A stretch of DNA of 64,000 nucleotides from Elusimicrobiota bacterium (GCA_036574205.1 JAINCQ010000009.1:1-64000); one strand, 5' to 3'; shown: positions 28,943 to 39,001, counted from the stretch's first letter. Numbers and translations are program-made. Notes: a model not told the origin generated them from the sequence alone.

Positions 28943-31510
28943 ATGAAATTATTTGTATTTTTTCTAACCTTGGTTTTTAATATTAATTTTCTTTTTGCAA
29001 GAGCTGGTGGTGGTTGTCTTGAAAAAGGGACAATGGTATTAACCCCCTCTGGATATATACCTGTTGAGAAATTAAAAGTAGGGGATAAAATAATTTCTAA
29101 TTTAAATAATATTTCAGAAATAAAAAATATTTACTCATCTGCCTCAGATAACTTTATAGAGTTAAAAGCCTGCGGGAAAAATATATCTGTAACCAAATAT
29201 CATCCATTTATGATATCTAAGGGAACTTTTAAAGAGGCTGATTTTTTAAATAAAGGAGATAAGATTTTTATATATATCAAGACGAAAAAGAACTAAACTG
29301 CAATATTGAATCAAAATCAGAGAAAAAAAAAGAAAAATTATATTTATAACATTCTTGTATATCCTTACCAAACCTATATTTCAAACGGATATATAGCTCA
29401 TAATAAAGGTTGCTTTTTGCCGGATACTTTTATAATAAAAGAAGATGGATCAAAACTCAGGATATCAGAAATAAAAAAGGGCGATATCCTGCTTTCTTTT
29501 GATAGATATGGAAAAATAACAAAAACTAAAGTAAATGAAATAATTAAAATAAAAGCAAATGAATACTATATAATAAAAACAAACAATGTTTCAGTATCTG
29601 CTACATTAGAACATCCTTTTTATACAGGAAATGGTACTTACAAAACCTTAGAAAGTCTTAAGATAGGAAATGAAATATATATTTATGATGGAGAAAGCAA
29701 AATAAAACCTCAAAAAATAATCTCAATAGAAAAAGTAAAATCAGATTCTTACGTTTATAATTTAAAAGTTGATTATCCAAATACTTTTTTTGCAAACTTT
29801 ATCGCTGTTCATAATAAAGGTGGTTGTTTTGCGAGAGGCACAAAAATAAAAACTCCTGATGGAGAAAAAAATATTGAGGAGATAAAAGAAAATGAAACTA
29901 TATACACTTATGTGGAAAATAAACTTATAAAGGCAAAAATTATAAAAACCCATACAACAACAGACCTATTGGTTGAAATAGAAGCAAGTGGGAAAAAACT
30001 TAAAACCACTTATGAACACCCTATTTTAACGGAAAATGGTTTTAAAAAACTCAAAGAAATTAAGATAGGTGAAAAAATAGCTTTTTTTGAAAATAAAATA
30101 ATCTGGCTACCTGTAAATCAAATAAAATCTTTATATTTAGATGAGGTATATAATTTGTCTGTTGAATTTCCCAATACATTTATAGCAAACGGCTTTATAG
30201 TTCACAACAAAGGTTTTACAAGAGGTTACTACTGGTGCTCATATTCATCAAGAGTCTCAAAAGGAAATCCAAATTCCTTAATCTATTACATTCTTGGAGC
30301 TTTAACATTACTATATCTTATGAAAAACAAGAAAAACAGTGAAGGATCTGCCTATCTTTATCCACGTTCAGAAATAGTAAAAAAATCAGAGAAAACAGAA
30401 AAACTTCTGGAATTTTTATCAAAACAAGATGAAAAGCTAAATATTGATTATCTTAAAAACATAGTCAAAAATACTTTCATAAAAGTTCAAAATTCGTGGG
30501 AGATGAGGAATTATGAAACTATAAAAGACCTACTTACACCACATATATATACCAAACATTCTACACAACTTGATATTATGAAAGAAGCTCATGAGATAAA
30601 TATAATAGAAGATCTTTCTGTTTTAAGTATAGATTTAGTTGGTCTTAGATATACAATAAAAGAAGATGGAAGATTTTTTACAGCTTTAATAACAGCTCAG
30701 GCAAAGGATTATTATATAGATGATAGAACCAATCAGTTTTTGAAGGGAGATGCAACAATTTCCATATTTCAGGAGTTCTGGACTTTTAAATTTTCAAATG
30801 GAAAATGGTTGCTTGATAGTATAGAACAAACTCAGGAATCAGATATCCTATCCAGAGAAGATTTTGTGGAGCAGTTTATAAACGACAGTGTCTATCAAAA
30901 AATTTATGAAAAAGATATTTCTAAGAATAGTTACTCTGAAGCACAGTTCGAGAATTCACCAATAATAAAAACAAATAAAATAACAAGCTATTTAAATTCC
31001 CTTGAAAAAACTGATAAGATGTGGAATAGTGGAAAAATGGAAATAGATTCAAGCTTAGCTTTTTTAAAAGTTTATGAGGCATGGGTAAAAAGAGATCCAT
31101 CTTTTTTGAACAATGAATATATATCGGATGAAATGATTGAAACTCTAAAAAAATTAATAATTGAGAAAAAAAATGAAGGCTTTATTTTTGAACTTAGAAA
31201 TTTATGCATAAGAAAAGTTGAAATTGTGTTGGTTTATAATATGGCAGAAAATGGGAAAGATGAATTTGTGGTTAGATTTTCAGCCCATGCTCAAAAAAGA
31301 ATTTTAAAAGCAAATCAAATTATTATGGAAGATGAATATGTTAAGCCTTTTACTGAATATTGGGTTTTCTCAAGATATGATAATAGATGGAAAGCAAAAG
31401 AAATCCTTCCAAAACACAAAGGAGTAAAAGCTGTTTATGCAGAAAACAAAGATGAAGACTCTTCCCCCGCCCAGCTTGAATGGTATTACACTAAGAAAAG
31501 GACATATTAA
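28943..31510 (+). CDS. Signal peptide + 3 tandem Hint domains + TM + 2 Tim44-like domains; interrupted in Hint 1 (ORFs 28937-29296 and 29306-31510 are one gene)
   Basis: Both ORFs are in the same frame with a TAA at 29294. LFARAGGG start; three C...TxxHP...YN.xV...HN units; TM LIYYILGALTLLYLM; two repeats of F.KV..AW/SW...F.E.W.F....W. Confidence 0.85.
29015..29404 (+). other. Hint/intein-like domain 1 (interrupted)
   Basis: CLEKGTMVLTPSG...VTKYHPF...IYNILV...IAHN. Confidence 0.85.
29411..29815 (+). other. Hint/intein-like domain 2 (135 aa)
   Basis: CFLPDTFI...ATLEHPF...VYNLKV..PNTFFAN..AVHN. Confidence 0.92.
29825..30208 (+). other. Hint/intein-like domain 3 (128 aa)
   Basis: CFARGTKIKTPDG...TTYEHPI...VYNLSV..PNTFIANG..VHN. 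Confidence 0.92.
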
Positions 31511-31553
31511 GATTCATTTTTAAATTAATTTAGCAATAATTTATTTTTATAAG

Positions 31554-34124
31554 TTAATTATCTTTAATTAATATTTCTTTACCATTGCTAGTAATCTTAA
31601 ATTTTTTAATACTTTCATTCTTTATTATTTCAAGAGCAAGTTTATCCATAAGATGTTTTTGTATTACTCTTTTTAATGGTCTTGCCCCGAAATCTTGATT
31701 ATAACCTTCTTTGAATAAAAACTCCCTTGCTTTCTCATCAACTTCTATCTCAATCTCTTTTTGTCTAAGTATCTCTCTTAATGATTCAATCTGTATATTT
31801 ATGATCTTATAAATATCATCTTTATTCAAATTTTTAAACAGTATAATTTCATCAATTCGGTTTATAAATTCAGGTCTAAAATACTTAAGCAAAATATCCA
31901 TAAGTTCTTCATTAGTTATTTTAGAAACAGCTTTTTTAAGTATATATTCACCTGCTATATTAGAGGTCATTATAAGTATGGTATTTTTAAAGTCAACAAG
32001 TCTACCTTTACCATCAGTAAGCCTTCCATCATCTAAGATTTGCAAAAATATATTAAAAACATCTGGATGAGCTTTTTCTATCTCATCAAAAAGCAATACT
32101 GAATAAGGTCTTCTTCTAACTTTTTCAGTAAGTTGTCCCCCCTCTTCATAACCAACATATCCCGGCGGAGCACCAATTAATCTTGCAACAGAATGTTTCT
32201 CCATATACTCAGACATATCAAACCTTAATAACGCTTTTTCGTCATTAAACAAAAACCAGGCAAGCGTTCTTGCAAGCTCAGTTTTACCAACACCTGTAGG
32301 ACCTAAAAATAAAAAATTTCCAATTGGCTTTTTAGGATCGCTTATCCCCGCTTTTGCTCTTCTAATTGCATTTGAAACAGCAACAATCGCATCATCCTGA
32401 CCAACTACTCTTTTTGATAACTCTTCTTCTAACCTCACAAGCTTTTGTTTTTCACTTTCAAGCATTTTGCTTACCGGTATCCCGGTCCATTTAGAAACTA
32501 TTATGGCTATATCTTCTTCATCAACCTCTTCTTTTATCAGACTACCATCTTTTTGAACTTCTTTAAGATCTTGAGAAAGACTATTTATCTTTTTTTCAAA
32601 CTCAGGAATTTTTCCATATTTTATCTCGCTTGCCTTTGTCAAATCCCCTTCTCTTTTAAACCTTTCTTCCTCAAATCTCAATTTTTCTATCTCAGACTTT
32701 ATTTCCTTTATCTTTACCACTAACTCTTTTTCTTTTTTCCATTTTGCTTTTTTTAGTTTTATTTGATCTTCAAGGTCTCTTATCTCTTGTTTTATTTCTT
32801 TAAGTTTTTTCTTACTGTCCTCGTCGATTTCCTTTGAAATTGCAAGTTCTTCCATTTTAAGTTGAAGTATTTTCCTTTCTATCTCATCTATTTCTATCGG
32901 TTTTGAATCTATTTGCATTCTCAAGTTAGCGCATGCCTCATCTACCAGATCAATTGCTTTATCTGGCAAAAATCTATCACTAATATATCTGTTTGAAAGT
33001 AATGCTGCCTGAACTATTGCGTTGTCTTTTATTCTAACCCCATGATGAACCTCATATTTTTCTTTTAATCCCCTTAATATGGCTATGGTATCGTCAACTG
33101 TAGGTTCTGAAATAAAAACCTTTTGAAATCTTCTTTCAAGAGCCGCATCCTTTTCAATATATTTTTGATACTCATTTAAAGTTGTTGCTCCAATACATCT
33201 TAATGTGCCACGGGCAAGCGCAGGTTTTAACATATTAGCCGCGTCAACTGCACCTTCAGCCTGTCCTGCTCCAACAAGTGTATGTATTTCATCTATAAAA
33301 AGGATTATATTGCCATCTGAATTTTCAACCTCTTTTATAACGGCTTTTAATCTTTCCTCAAACTCTCCTCTAAATTTGGCGCCCGCAATTAAGCTGCCCA
33401 TATCAAGCGAAACTATTTTCTTATTTTTAAGTCCTTCTGGCACATCTTTATTGACAATTCTTAAAGCAATCCCTTCAACTATTGCTGTTTTCCCGACTCC
33501 CGGCTCGCCTATTAAAACTGGATTATTTTTCGTCCTTCTTGATAGCACCTGTATTACTCTTCTTATCTCATCATCTCTGCCAATTACAGGATCAAGCTTT
33601 CCAGATACGGCAAGTTGGGTTAAATCTTTAGTATATTTTTCAAGAACCTGATACTTTGACTCTGGCTCTTGTTCAGTTATCCTCTGATTTCCCCTCATCA
33701 TAACCACTGCATTTAATATAACGTCTTTTGTTATTGAATATTTCTTAAAAATATTCCTGATAATTGAATTATCACTCTCACTCATTGCCGCCAGAATATG
33801 TTCACCACTTAAATACTCATCCCTCATCTTATTCATTTCCTTAAAAGCATTAATAATTATCTTTTCTGTATCTCTTGAAAGATAAACCTCAAAACTTCCA
33901 CTTAATTTAGGAAATTTTTCAAGCTCTCCTTTTATATCATTTATAAATAAATTAATATTTACTCCAATTCTCTTTAAAATTTCACTTACTATAGAATCAT
34001 CTACATTTATAAGTGATAATAGCAAATGAACTGGCTCTATGTATTGATTTGAGTTCTCTAAAGCATATTGTCTTGCTAACTGTAAAGCCTGTTGAGTTTT
34101 TATAGTCATCTTATCAAAATTCAT
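31554..34124 (-). CDS. clpB: Chaperone ClpB
   Basis: Two AAA+ modules (GEPGVGKT, GPTGVGKT), long M-domain coiled coil, GARPLKR. Confidence 0.97.
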   Translation of the reverse strand: MNFDKMTIKTQQALQLARQYALENSNQYIEPVHLLLSLINVDDSIVSEILKRIGVNINLFINDIKGELEKFPKLSGSFEVYLSRDTEKIIINAFKEMNKMRDEYLSGEHILAAMSESDNSIIRNIFKKYSITKDVILNAVVMMRGNQRITEQEPESKYQVLEKYTKDLTQLAVSGKLDPVIGRDDEIRRVIQVLSRRTKNNPVLIGEPGVGKTAIVEGIALRIVNKDVPEGLKNKKIVSLDMGSLIAGAKFRGEFEERLKAVIKEVENSDGNIILFIDEIHTLVGAGQAEGAVDAANMLKPALARGTLRCIGATTLNEYQKYIEKDAALERRFQKVFISEPTVDDTIAILRGLKEKYEVHHGVRIKDNAIVQAALLSNRYISDRFLPDKAIDLVDEACANLRMQIDSKPIEIDEIERKILQLKMEELAISKEIDEDSKKKLKEIKQEIRDLEDQIKLKKAKWKKEKELVVKIKEIKSEIEKLRFEEERFKREGDLTKASEIKYGKIPEFEKKINSLSQDLKEVQKDGSLIKEEVDEEDIAIIVSKWTGIPVSKMLESEKQKLVRLEEELSKRVVGQDDAIVAVSNAIRRAKAGISDPKKPIGNFLFLGPTGVGKTELARTLAWFLFNDEKALLRFDMSEYMEKHSVARLIGAPPGYVGYEEGGQLTEKVRRRPYSVLLFDEIEKAHPDVFNIFLQILDDGRLTDGKGRLVDFKNTILIMTSNIAGEYILKKAVSKITNEELMDILLKYFRPEFINRIDEIILFKNLNKDDIYKIINIQIESLREILRQKEIEIEVDEKAREFLFKEGYNQDFGARPLKRVIQKHLMDKLALEIIKNESIKKFKITSNGKEILIKDN

Positions 34125-34179
34125 AATTCCTCCTTAAACTATAAAAGGCTTAAAGACTGCTTTTTCAATATAACCATAA

Positions 34180-34206
34180 TTAGCAGATTAATATTTTAAC
34201 TGCTAA
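34180..34206. promoter_or_regulatory. CIRCE-like operator 2 (HrcA site) near the clpB transcription start
   Basis: TTAGCAGAT-N9-AACTGCTAA. Confidence 0.75.
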
Positions 34207-34210
34207 TTAT

Positions 34211-34239
34211 ATTATAACATATTAGCAGTCTTTTGTCAA
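34211..34239 (-). promoter_or_regulatory. Consensus sigma70 promoter of clpB
   Basis: TTGACA (34239-34234), 17-nt spacer, TGnTATAAT (-10 at 34216-34211). Confidence 0.9.
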
Positions 34240-34248
34240 GACTGCTAA
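34222..34248. promoter_or_regulatory. CIRCE-like operator 1 overlapping the -35 box
   Basis: Perfect inverted repeat TTAGCAGTC-N9-GACTGCTAA. Confidence 0.88.
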
Positions 34249-35487
34249 TTATAAATGTTTTATAAAAATATAATATACTAAGGCATTTAAAAAAGTTGTT
34301 ATTGTTCCTATTTTTATAAATTCTATTGAAGATATGGATTCGTATTTTCTATTTTCAAGATTTTGAACTATTATAATATTGCTTGCCGCCCCGAGAAGGC
34401 TTAAATTTCCTGCAATTGTTGAAGATGCAGCAAGAGCAATATATGATTTTTCCCCGGCCCCTAATGACATAAAAATTGGTATATATAAGGCAACTAATGG
34501 AACATTTGATATAAACTGACTTAATATTATGCTTGATAAAAATATAAAACTCAGAGAAAGAAAGTCAAAATTGCTATTTAATATTAGTTTTTGAATATAA
34601 CCACTATTCCAGGCCGATCTTGTAACAATAAACATTGATATAAAAAACAAGAGAGTTTTAAAATCAACCATTTTTAATATTTTGTGTTGTTTGAAACTAA
34701 GAAAAAGTGCGGGAATGGAAGACATAACAGCTATATATATCAAACTAAATTCTTTGCCGTTTATGGAAAAATATATCTTTATTATTATCAAAGCAAAAAG
34801 CAAAGCAACGGTTAGGTGAGATATATAATAAAGCCATATATTTTTTATTTTTGTTCTTTTTATTTGTAATTGGGAAAAATTAGAAAGTTCTTTTTTGTAA
34901 AAATACTTTATTATCCAGAACAACAAAAGGAGATTTATTATTGTAGGAATAAAAAGATATTTTAGAAAAACAAAAAATGGATTTGGCATTCTGGAAGTAA
35001 TAGCTATAATCAAATTTTGAGGGTTTCCTATTGGACTTAAAACACTTCCAATTGTAATAGCAAAAGCAAGAGCAATTATAAAAGGTCTGGGAGAGGTGTT
35101 ATATCCCTTAAAAATTGATATCATTATAGGAACGCCAATTATTGCTATGGTGTCATTCATAAAAAAAGCAGATAAAAAAGCGGAGATAAATATAAAAAGA
35201 TAAAGAGAAAAATCAATATTTCTTTTACTTTTTAAAAGTATTTTATTTTGAAAAATCTCAAGATATCCGCTGATCTCAAGCAAAGCCCCAACACTAAACA
35301 TACAAAATAAAAAAAATATTACATTCCAATCAACTGCTTTTATAGCTTCATATGGAGTTATCTCAAAGAAAATCAAATTTAAAATAGCGCCTAAAGACAT
35401 TATCTGCCATATCTCAAACTTTACCTTTATAAACCTCCTTAAAGTTATTCCTACAAAAACTAAAACCAAAATTATAATAGAAATCAT
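34249..35487 (-). CDS. ArsB/NhaD/SLC13-type anion permease
   Basis: SAFFMND, IGSVLSPIGNPQN, SQFISNVP, STIAGNLSLLGAASN. Confidence 0.88.
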   Translation of the reverse strand: MISIIILVLVFVGITLRRFIKVKFEIWQIMSLGAILNLIFFEITPYEAIKAVDWNVIFFLFCMFSVGALLEISGYLEIFQNKILLKSKRNIDFSLYLFIFISAFLSAFFMNDTIAIIGVPIMISIFKGYNTSPRPFIIALAFAITIGSVLSPIGNPQNLIIAITSRMPNPFFVFLKYLFIPTIINLLLLFWIIKYFYKKELSNFSQLQIKRTKIKNIWLYYISHLTVALLFALIIIKIYFSINGKEFSLIYIAVMSSIPALFLSFKQHKILKMVDFKTLLFFISMFIVTRSAWNSGYIQKLILNSNFDFLSLSFIFLSSIILSQFISNVPLVALYIPIFMSLGAGEKSYIALAASSTIAGNLSLLGAASNIIIVQNLENRKYESISSIEFIKIGTITTFLNALVYYIFIKHL

Positions 35488-35502
35488 AATCTAATTATAC
35501 CA
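35488..35502 (-). promoter_or_regulatory. Extended -10 element 6 nt before ATG (candidate leaderless promoter)
   Basis: Minus strand TGG-TATAAT-TAGATT-ATG; no SD. Confidence 0.55.
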
Positions 35503-35551
35503 TTTAACAAATTACACCAAAAATCATAGAATTATGATATAATTAAATTAT

Positions 35552-35755
35552 ATGAGGGATATTTTATTGCTTCTAATTTTTTTCATAACAGGTATTTTCA
35601 TTATAAAAATTTTATGGGTCTGGACGATCCCGGAAATTTTTCCGGGCGCGGTCAGTCAGGGACTTATAGTAAAAAAAATAAGCTGGTTTGGAGCGTTAAA
35701 ACTTTCAATCCTATTTTCAATGATAGCCACTATAGCGAGGATATCAAAGAAATAA
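35552..35755 (+). CDS. Small two-TM hypothetical protein
   Basis: 67 aa, LWVWTIPEIFPGAVSQG; first gene of the sugar ABC operon; TGATATAAT just upstream. Confidence 0.65.
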   Translation: MRDILLLLIFFITGIFIIKILWVWTIPEIFPGAVSQGLIVKKISWFGALKLSILFSMIATIARISKK

Positions 35756-35758
35756 ATT

Positions 35759-36982
35759 ATGAAAAAAGAAGTTATATTTCCAATACTTTTTTTGCTTCTT
35801 TTTTCTTGCGCTAAAAAACCAGAAGATCCAAATTCTATAGTATTATGGGAGATGGAAGACGCTTATGTTGCTCCATATATAGATTCCACGATAAATGATT
35901 TTAAAGAATATTATTTTAAAAAATACGGAATACTTCTTAATATAACGAGAGCCCATTATCAAACGGAAGATTTAAGACAACAATTTCAGGCAGCTTCTCT
36001 GGCTGGTGTCCCGCCGGATATTCTTATCTCTCCTTCTGATGCCGCAGGTATATATGCCATATCCGGTTTTATTTTGCCACTTAATAATATATTTGATTTT
36101 TCTCTATTCAATAAACCAGTAGTTGATGCGATTACGCTTGAAGGAAAGATATGGGGAGTTCCTATCTCAAATGGCAATCATCTAATGTTAATGTATAACA
36201 AAAAGCTAATATCTTCTCCCCCGAAAACTACTGACGAACTATTTAAGATATGTGAAACAATAAAAAGAAAAGGAAAAAATGACTATTGTCTTGCTTTTGA
36301 CGGCGGAGAGCCATTCTGGCTTATGCCCTGGCTTGGCAGTTTTGGAGGGTGGCCGCTTGAGGATAGAAAACCCACATTAAACACCGATGCGATGAAAAAG
36401 ACTCTTGAATTTTATTATGATTTAAAATTTAAATATAAATATATCCCTCCAGAGTGCGATTATAATTGTATGGATTCGTTGTTTAAAGAGGAAAAAGTTC
36501 CGTTTATAATAAATGGAGACTGGGCGCTATCAGGCTACATAAATCATTTAAAAGATAATTTCAAAATTGCGGTTTTGCCTAAAAATTCTGAAACTGGGCT
36601 ATATCCCACACCAATGATAAGTGGAAAATACTTTTTAATATCATCTAAAGTAAACGATGCTAAACTTAAAATAATAAAAGAATTTATAAATTTTTATACC
36701 AATAAAAAAAACCAGATAAGGCAATTTATTGAATTAAAAAGACTTCCAGCTTTAATAGAAGCATCAAACTCTATGGAAATAAAAAATGATGAATTTGCAA
36801 GAATATCAATTGAGCAGATACTCAAAGGAAAGCCCATGCCCATGGCATATGAGATGAGAGCAATATGGGATACAACAAGAAACTATCAGGGACTTGTTAT
36901 GACAGGCAAAATGCAAATAGATGAAGCAAGATTTAAAATGCAAAAAGAAGTTGAAAGAAAGATAGAAGAAATGGATAGGTAG
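35759..36982 (+). CDS. Maltose/maltodextrin ABC substrate-binding lipoprotein
   Basis: Lipobox LFSC, GKIWGVP, LMYNKKL..PPKT.DEL, INGDW, PMP...EMRAIW. Confidence 0.88.
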   Translation: MKKEVIFPILFLLLFSCAKKPEDPNSIVLWEMEDAYVAPYIDSTINDFKEYYFKKYGILLNITRAHYQTEDLRQQFQAASLAGVPPDILISPSDAAGIYAISGFILPLNNIFDFSLFNKPVVDAITLEGKIWGVPISNGNHLMLMYNKKLISSPPKTTDELFKICETIKRKGKNDYCLAFDGGEPFWLMPWLGSFGGWPLEDRKPTLNTDAMKKTLEFYYDLKFKYKYIPPECDYNCMDSLFKEEKVPFIINGDWALSGYINHLKDNFKIAVLPKNSETGLYPTPMISGKYFLISSKVNDAKLKIIKEFINFYTNKKNQIRQFIELKRLPALIEASNSMEIKNDEFARISIEQILKGKPMPMAYEMRAIWDTTRNYQGLVMTGKMQIDEARFKMQKEVERKIEEMDR

Positions 36983-36987
36983 AATTT

Positions 36988-38160
36988 ATGGAATATTTTG
37001 CCACAACAGGAAAGGTTTTGCTTTTTGTGTTGGTTGTACTAGTTTCTGTTGTGATAATAGAGTTATATTTATATTTTCACTTTAAGTTTTATAACAAAAG
37101 ATACTATCCAGTTATCTCAGTTTTTTCGCTGGTTATTTTTTTATCATTAACAAAACTTTTAAATATTTATAATACAAATATTTTGATATACTCAGGTTTG
37201 TGGGAAGTTTTTTTCTCTTATCTCTGTGTTAAAAAAGTAAAAGGTAAAAACTACCTTCCATATATGTTAGTTGCTCCAGCCTTTATAGGACTTACGATGT
37301 TACTTCTTTATCCCTTTATATTTGAGGTTTATCTATCTTTTACAGATTTAAAGCTTACAACCATAATGCAGTGGAAAGAAACTGGATCACTTCCTTTTGT
37401 TGGATTTAAACAATATATAAATGTATTCAAACTCCCCCCTTTAAGTGAAACCACTTTCTGGCAACTTCTTGGAAGAACTTTTTTATGGACGTTTTCAAAT
37501 GTTTTTTTTCATGTTCTTGGCGGTTTTCTACTGGCTCTTTTGATGATAGAAATAAAAAGTTTTAAAGGGATATATAGAACCCTTCTTGTAATACCATGGG
37601 CGATGCCACAGGTAGTTGCGGTTCTGGCGATGCGTGGAGAGTTTCATTCGCAATACGGATTTGTAAACATAATGATATCAAAAATTATTCATTTTTTCCC
37701 ATTTCTTTCAAAAATAGGTATTTCACCAGTTAACTGGTTAAGTGATTATCCACTTTTAACATGCACCATTATAAATATATGGTTAGGGATACCATTTATG
37801 ATGGTTGTGATATTGGGTGGGCTTCAATCAATATCAAAATCTTATTATGACGCAGCTTCAATAGATGGAGCAACCTATATCCAAAAATTAAAATATATAA
37901 CCATTCCTCTTATAAAACCAGTTTTATTGCCGGCAATAACATTAGGGACAATCTGGACATTTAATAATATAAATGTTATATATCTTGTAACAGGACAGGC
38001 CGGAGGAACAGAAAGAGCAGATATTCTTGTATCAGCTTTATATAAAGCCGCTTTTGTGTATAACAGATACAGTTATTCTGCCGCTTTTGCTATGATAATA
38101 TTTTTAATATTGTTTTTTATAACAATGATTTATTCAAAAACGATAAAGGTAGAACAATGA
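36988..38160 (+). CDS. Sugar ABC permease (MalF-like)
   Basis: YRTLLVIPWAMP, WLGIPFMM, YDAASIDGA, TFNNIN. Confidence 0.9.
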   Translation: MEYFATTGKVLLFVLVVLVSVVIIELYLYFHFKFYNKRYYPVISVFSLVIFLSLTKLLNIYNTNILIYSGLWEVFFSYLCVKKVKGKNYLPYMLVAPAFIGLTMLLLYPFIFEVYLSFTDLKLTTIMQWKETGSLPFVGFKQYINVFKLPPLSETTFWQLLGRTFLWTFSNVFFHVLGGFLLALLMIEIKSFKGIYRTLLVIPWAMPQVVAVLAMRGEFHSQYGFVNIMISKIIHFFPFLSKIGISPVNWLSDYPLLTCTIINIWLGIPFMMVVILGGLQSISKSYYDAASIDGATYIQKLKYITIPLIKPVLLPAITLGTIWTFNNINVIYLVTGQAGGTERADILVSALYKAAFVYNRYSYSAAFAMIIFLILFFITMIYSKTIKVEQ

Positions 38161-38987
38161 ATCTGAAAAAAGCAAAACCAATTATAATTCACGCTCTTAT
38201 AATAATAGCGGTTATTATAGCAACATATCCGCTTATTAGAATATTTTCAGTGTCTATAAGGCCGGGAGATAAAATAATATCAACAGATCTTTCCATAATT
38301 CCAGACAATGCATCATTTATTTCATATATAAAACTATTTAAAGAAACATATTTTGTAAGATGGATTTTTAATTCTCTTCTTATAACTATAACCACCTCGT
38401 TTATAGGAGTTATCCTGGCTTCTACCGCAGCTTACGCTTTTTCAAGGTTTAATTTTTTCGGTAAGAAATGGGGATTAACTCTTCTTTTACTTACTCAGAT
38501 GATACCAGCAGGGATGCTTATCCTCCCATTATATCTTATGATAATGAAGCTAAACCTCATAAATACATACCTTGGAATGATCATAGCCTACTCTGTCTCT
38601 TCCCTTCCTTTTAGCATATGGATACTAAAAGGATATTACGATACAATTCCTCGTTCGCTTGAAGAAGCCGCTATGGTAGATGGTTGTTCTCATATCGGTT
38701 CTTTTTACAAAATAATACTACCTCTATCCACCCCCGCTTTAAGTATAGCTTTTTTATTCAACTTTACAATGGCCTGGAACGAATATCTTGTAGCAAGGGT
38801 CGTTTTATATCATCCACAAAATTATACCTGGACGCTTGGACTTTTTGAATTACAGGGACAATTTATAACGCAATGGGGAATGTTTGCCGCTGGTTCTATA
38901 ATTATAACAATACCTGTTCTTTTAATATTTCTTTATTCTTCTAAATGGCTCATATCAGGGCTTACACTTGGAAGTGTTAAAGGGTGA
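38157..38987 (+). CDS. Sugar ABC permease (MalG-like)
   Basis: KGYYDTIPRSLEEAAMVDG, AWNEY, GLTLGSVKG. Confidence 0.92.
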   Translation: MNLKKAKPIIIHALIIIAVIIATYPLIRIFSVSIRPGDKIISTDLSIIPDNASFISYIKLFKETYFVRWIFNSLLITITTSFIGVILASTAAYAFSRFNFFGKKWGLTLLLLTQMIPAGMLILPLYLMIMKLNLINTYLGMIIAYSVSSLPFSIWILKGYYDTIPRSLEEAAMVDGCSHIGSFYKIILPLSTPALSIAFLFNFTMAWNEYLVARVVLYHPQNYTWTLGLFELQGQFITQWGMFAAGSIIITIPVLLIFLYSSKWLISGLTLGSVKG

Positions 38988-39001
38988 TATGGAGGAAAGA
39001 A

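Noticed and set aside
28937..29404. Naturally split intein (N-half and C-half in separate ORFs)
   Set aside because: The second ORF has only a TTG with no RBS, and a continuous Hint sequence is recoverable via two repeat slips. A broken single gene is more parsimonious, though not formally excluded.
29015..31510. Polymorphic toxin with pre-toxin Hint, or classical mobile inteins
   Set aside because: No RHS or filamentous stalk, toxin tip or immunity gene; no homing endonuclease; the +1 residue is Lys, not Cys/Ser/Thr.
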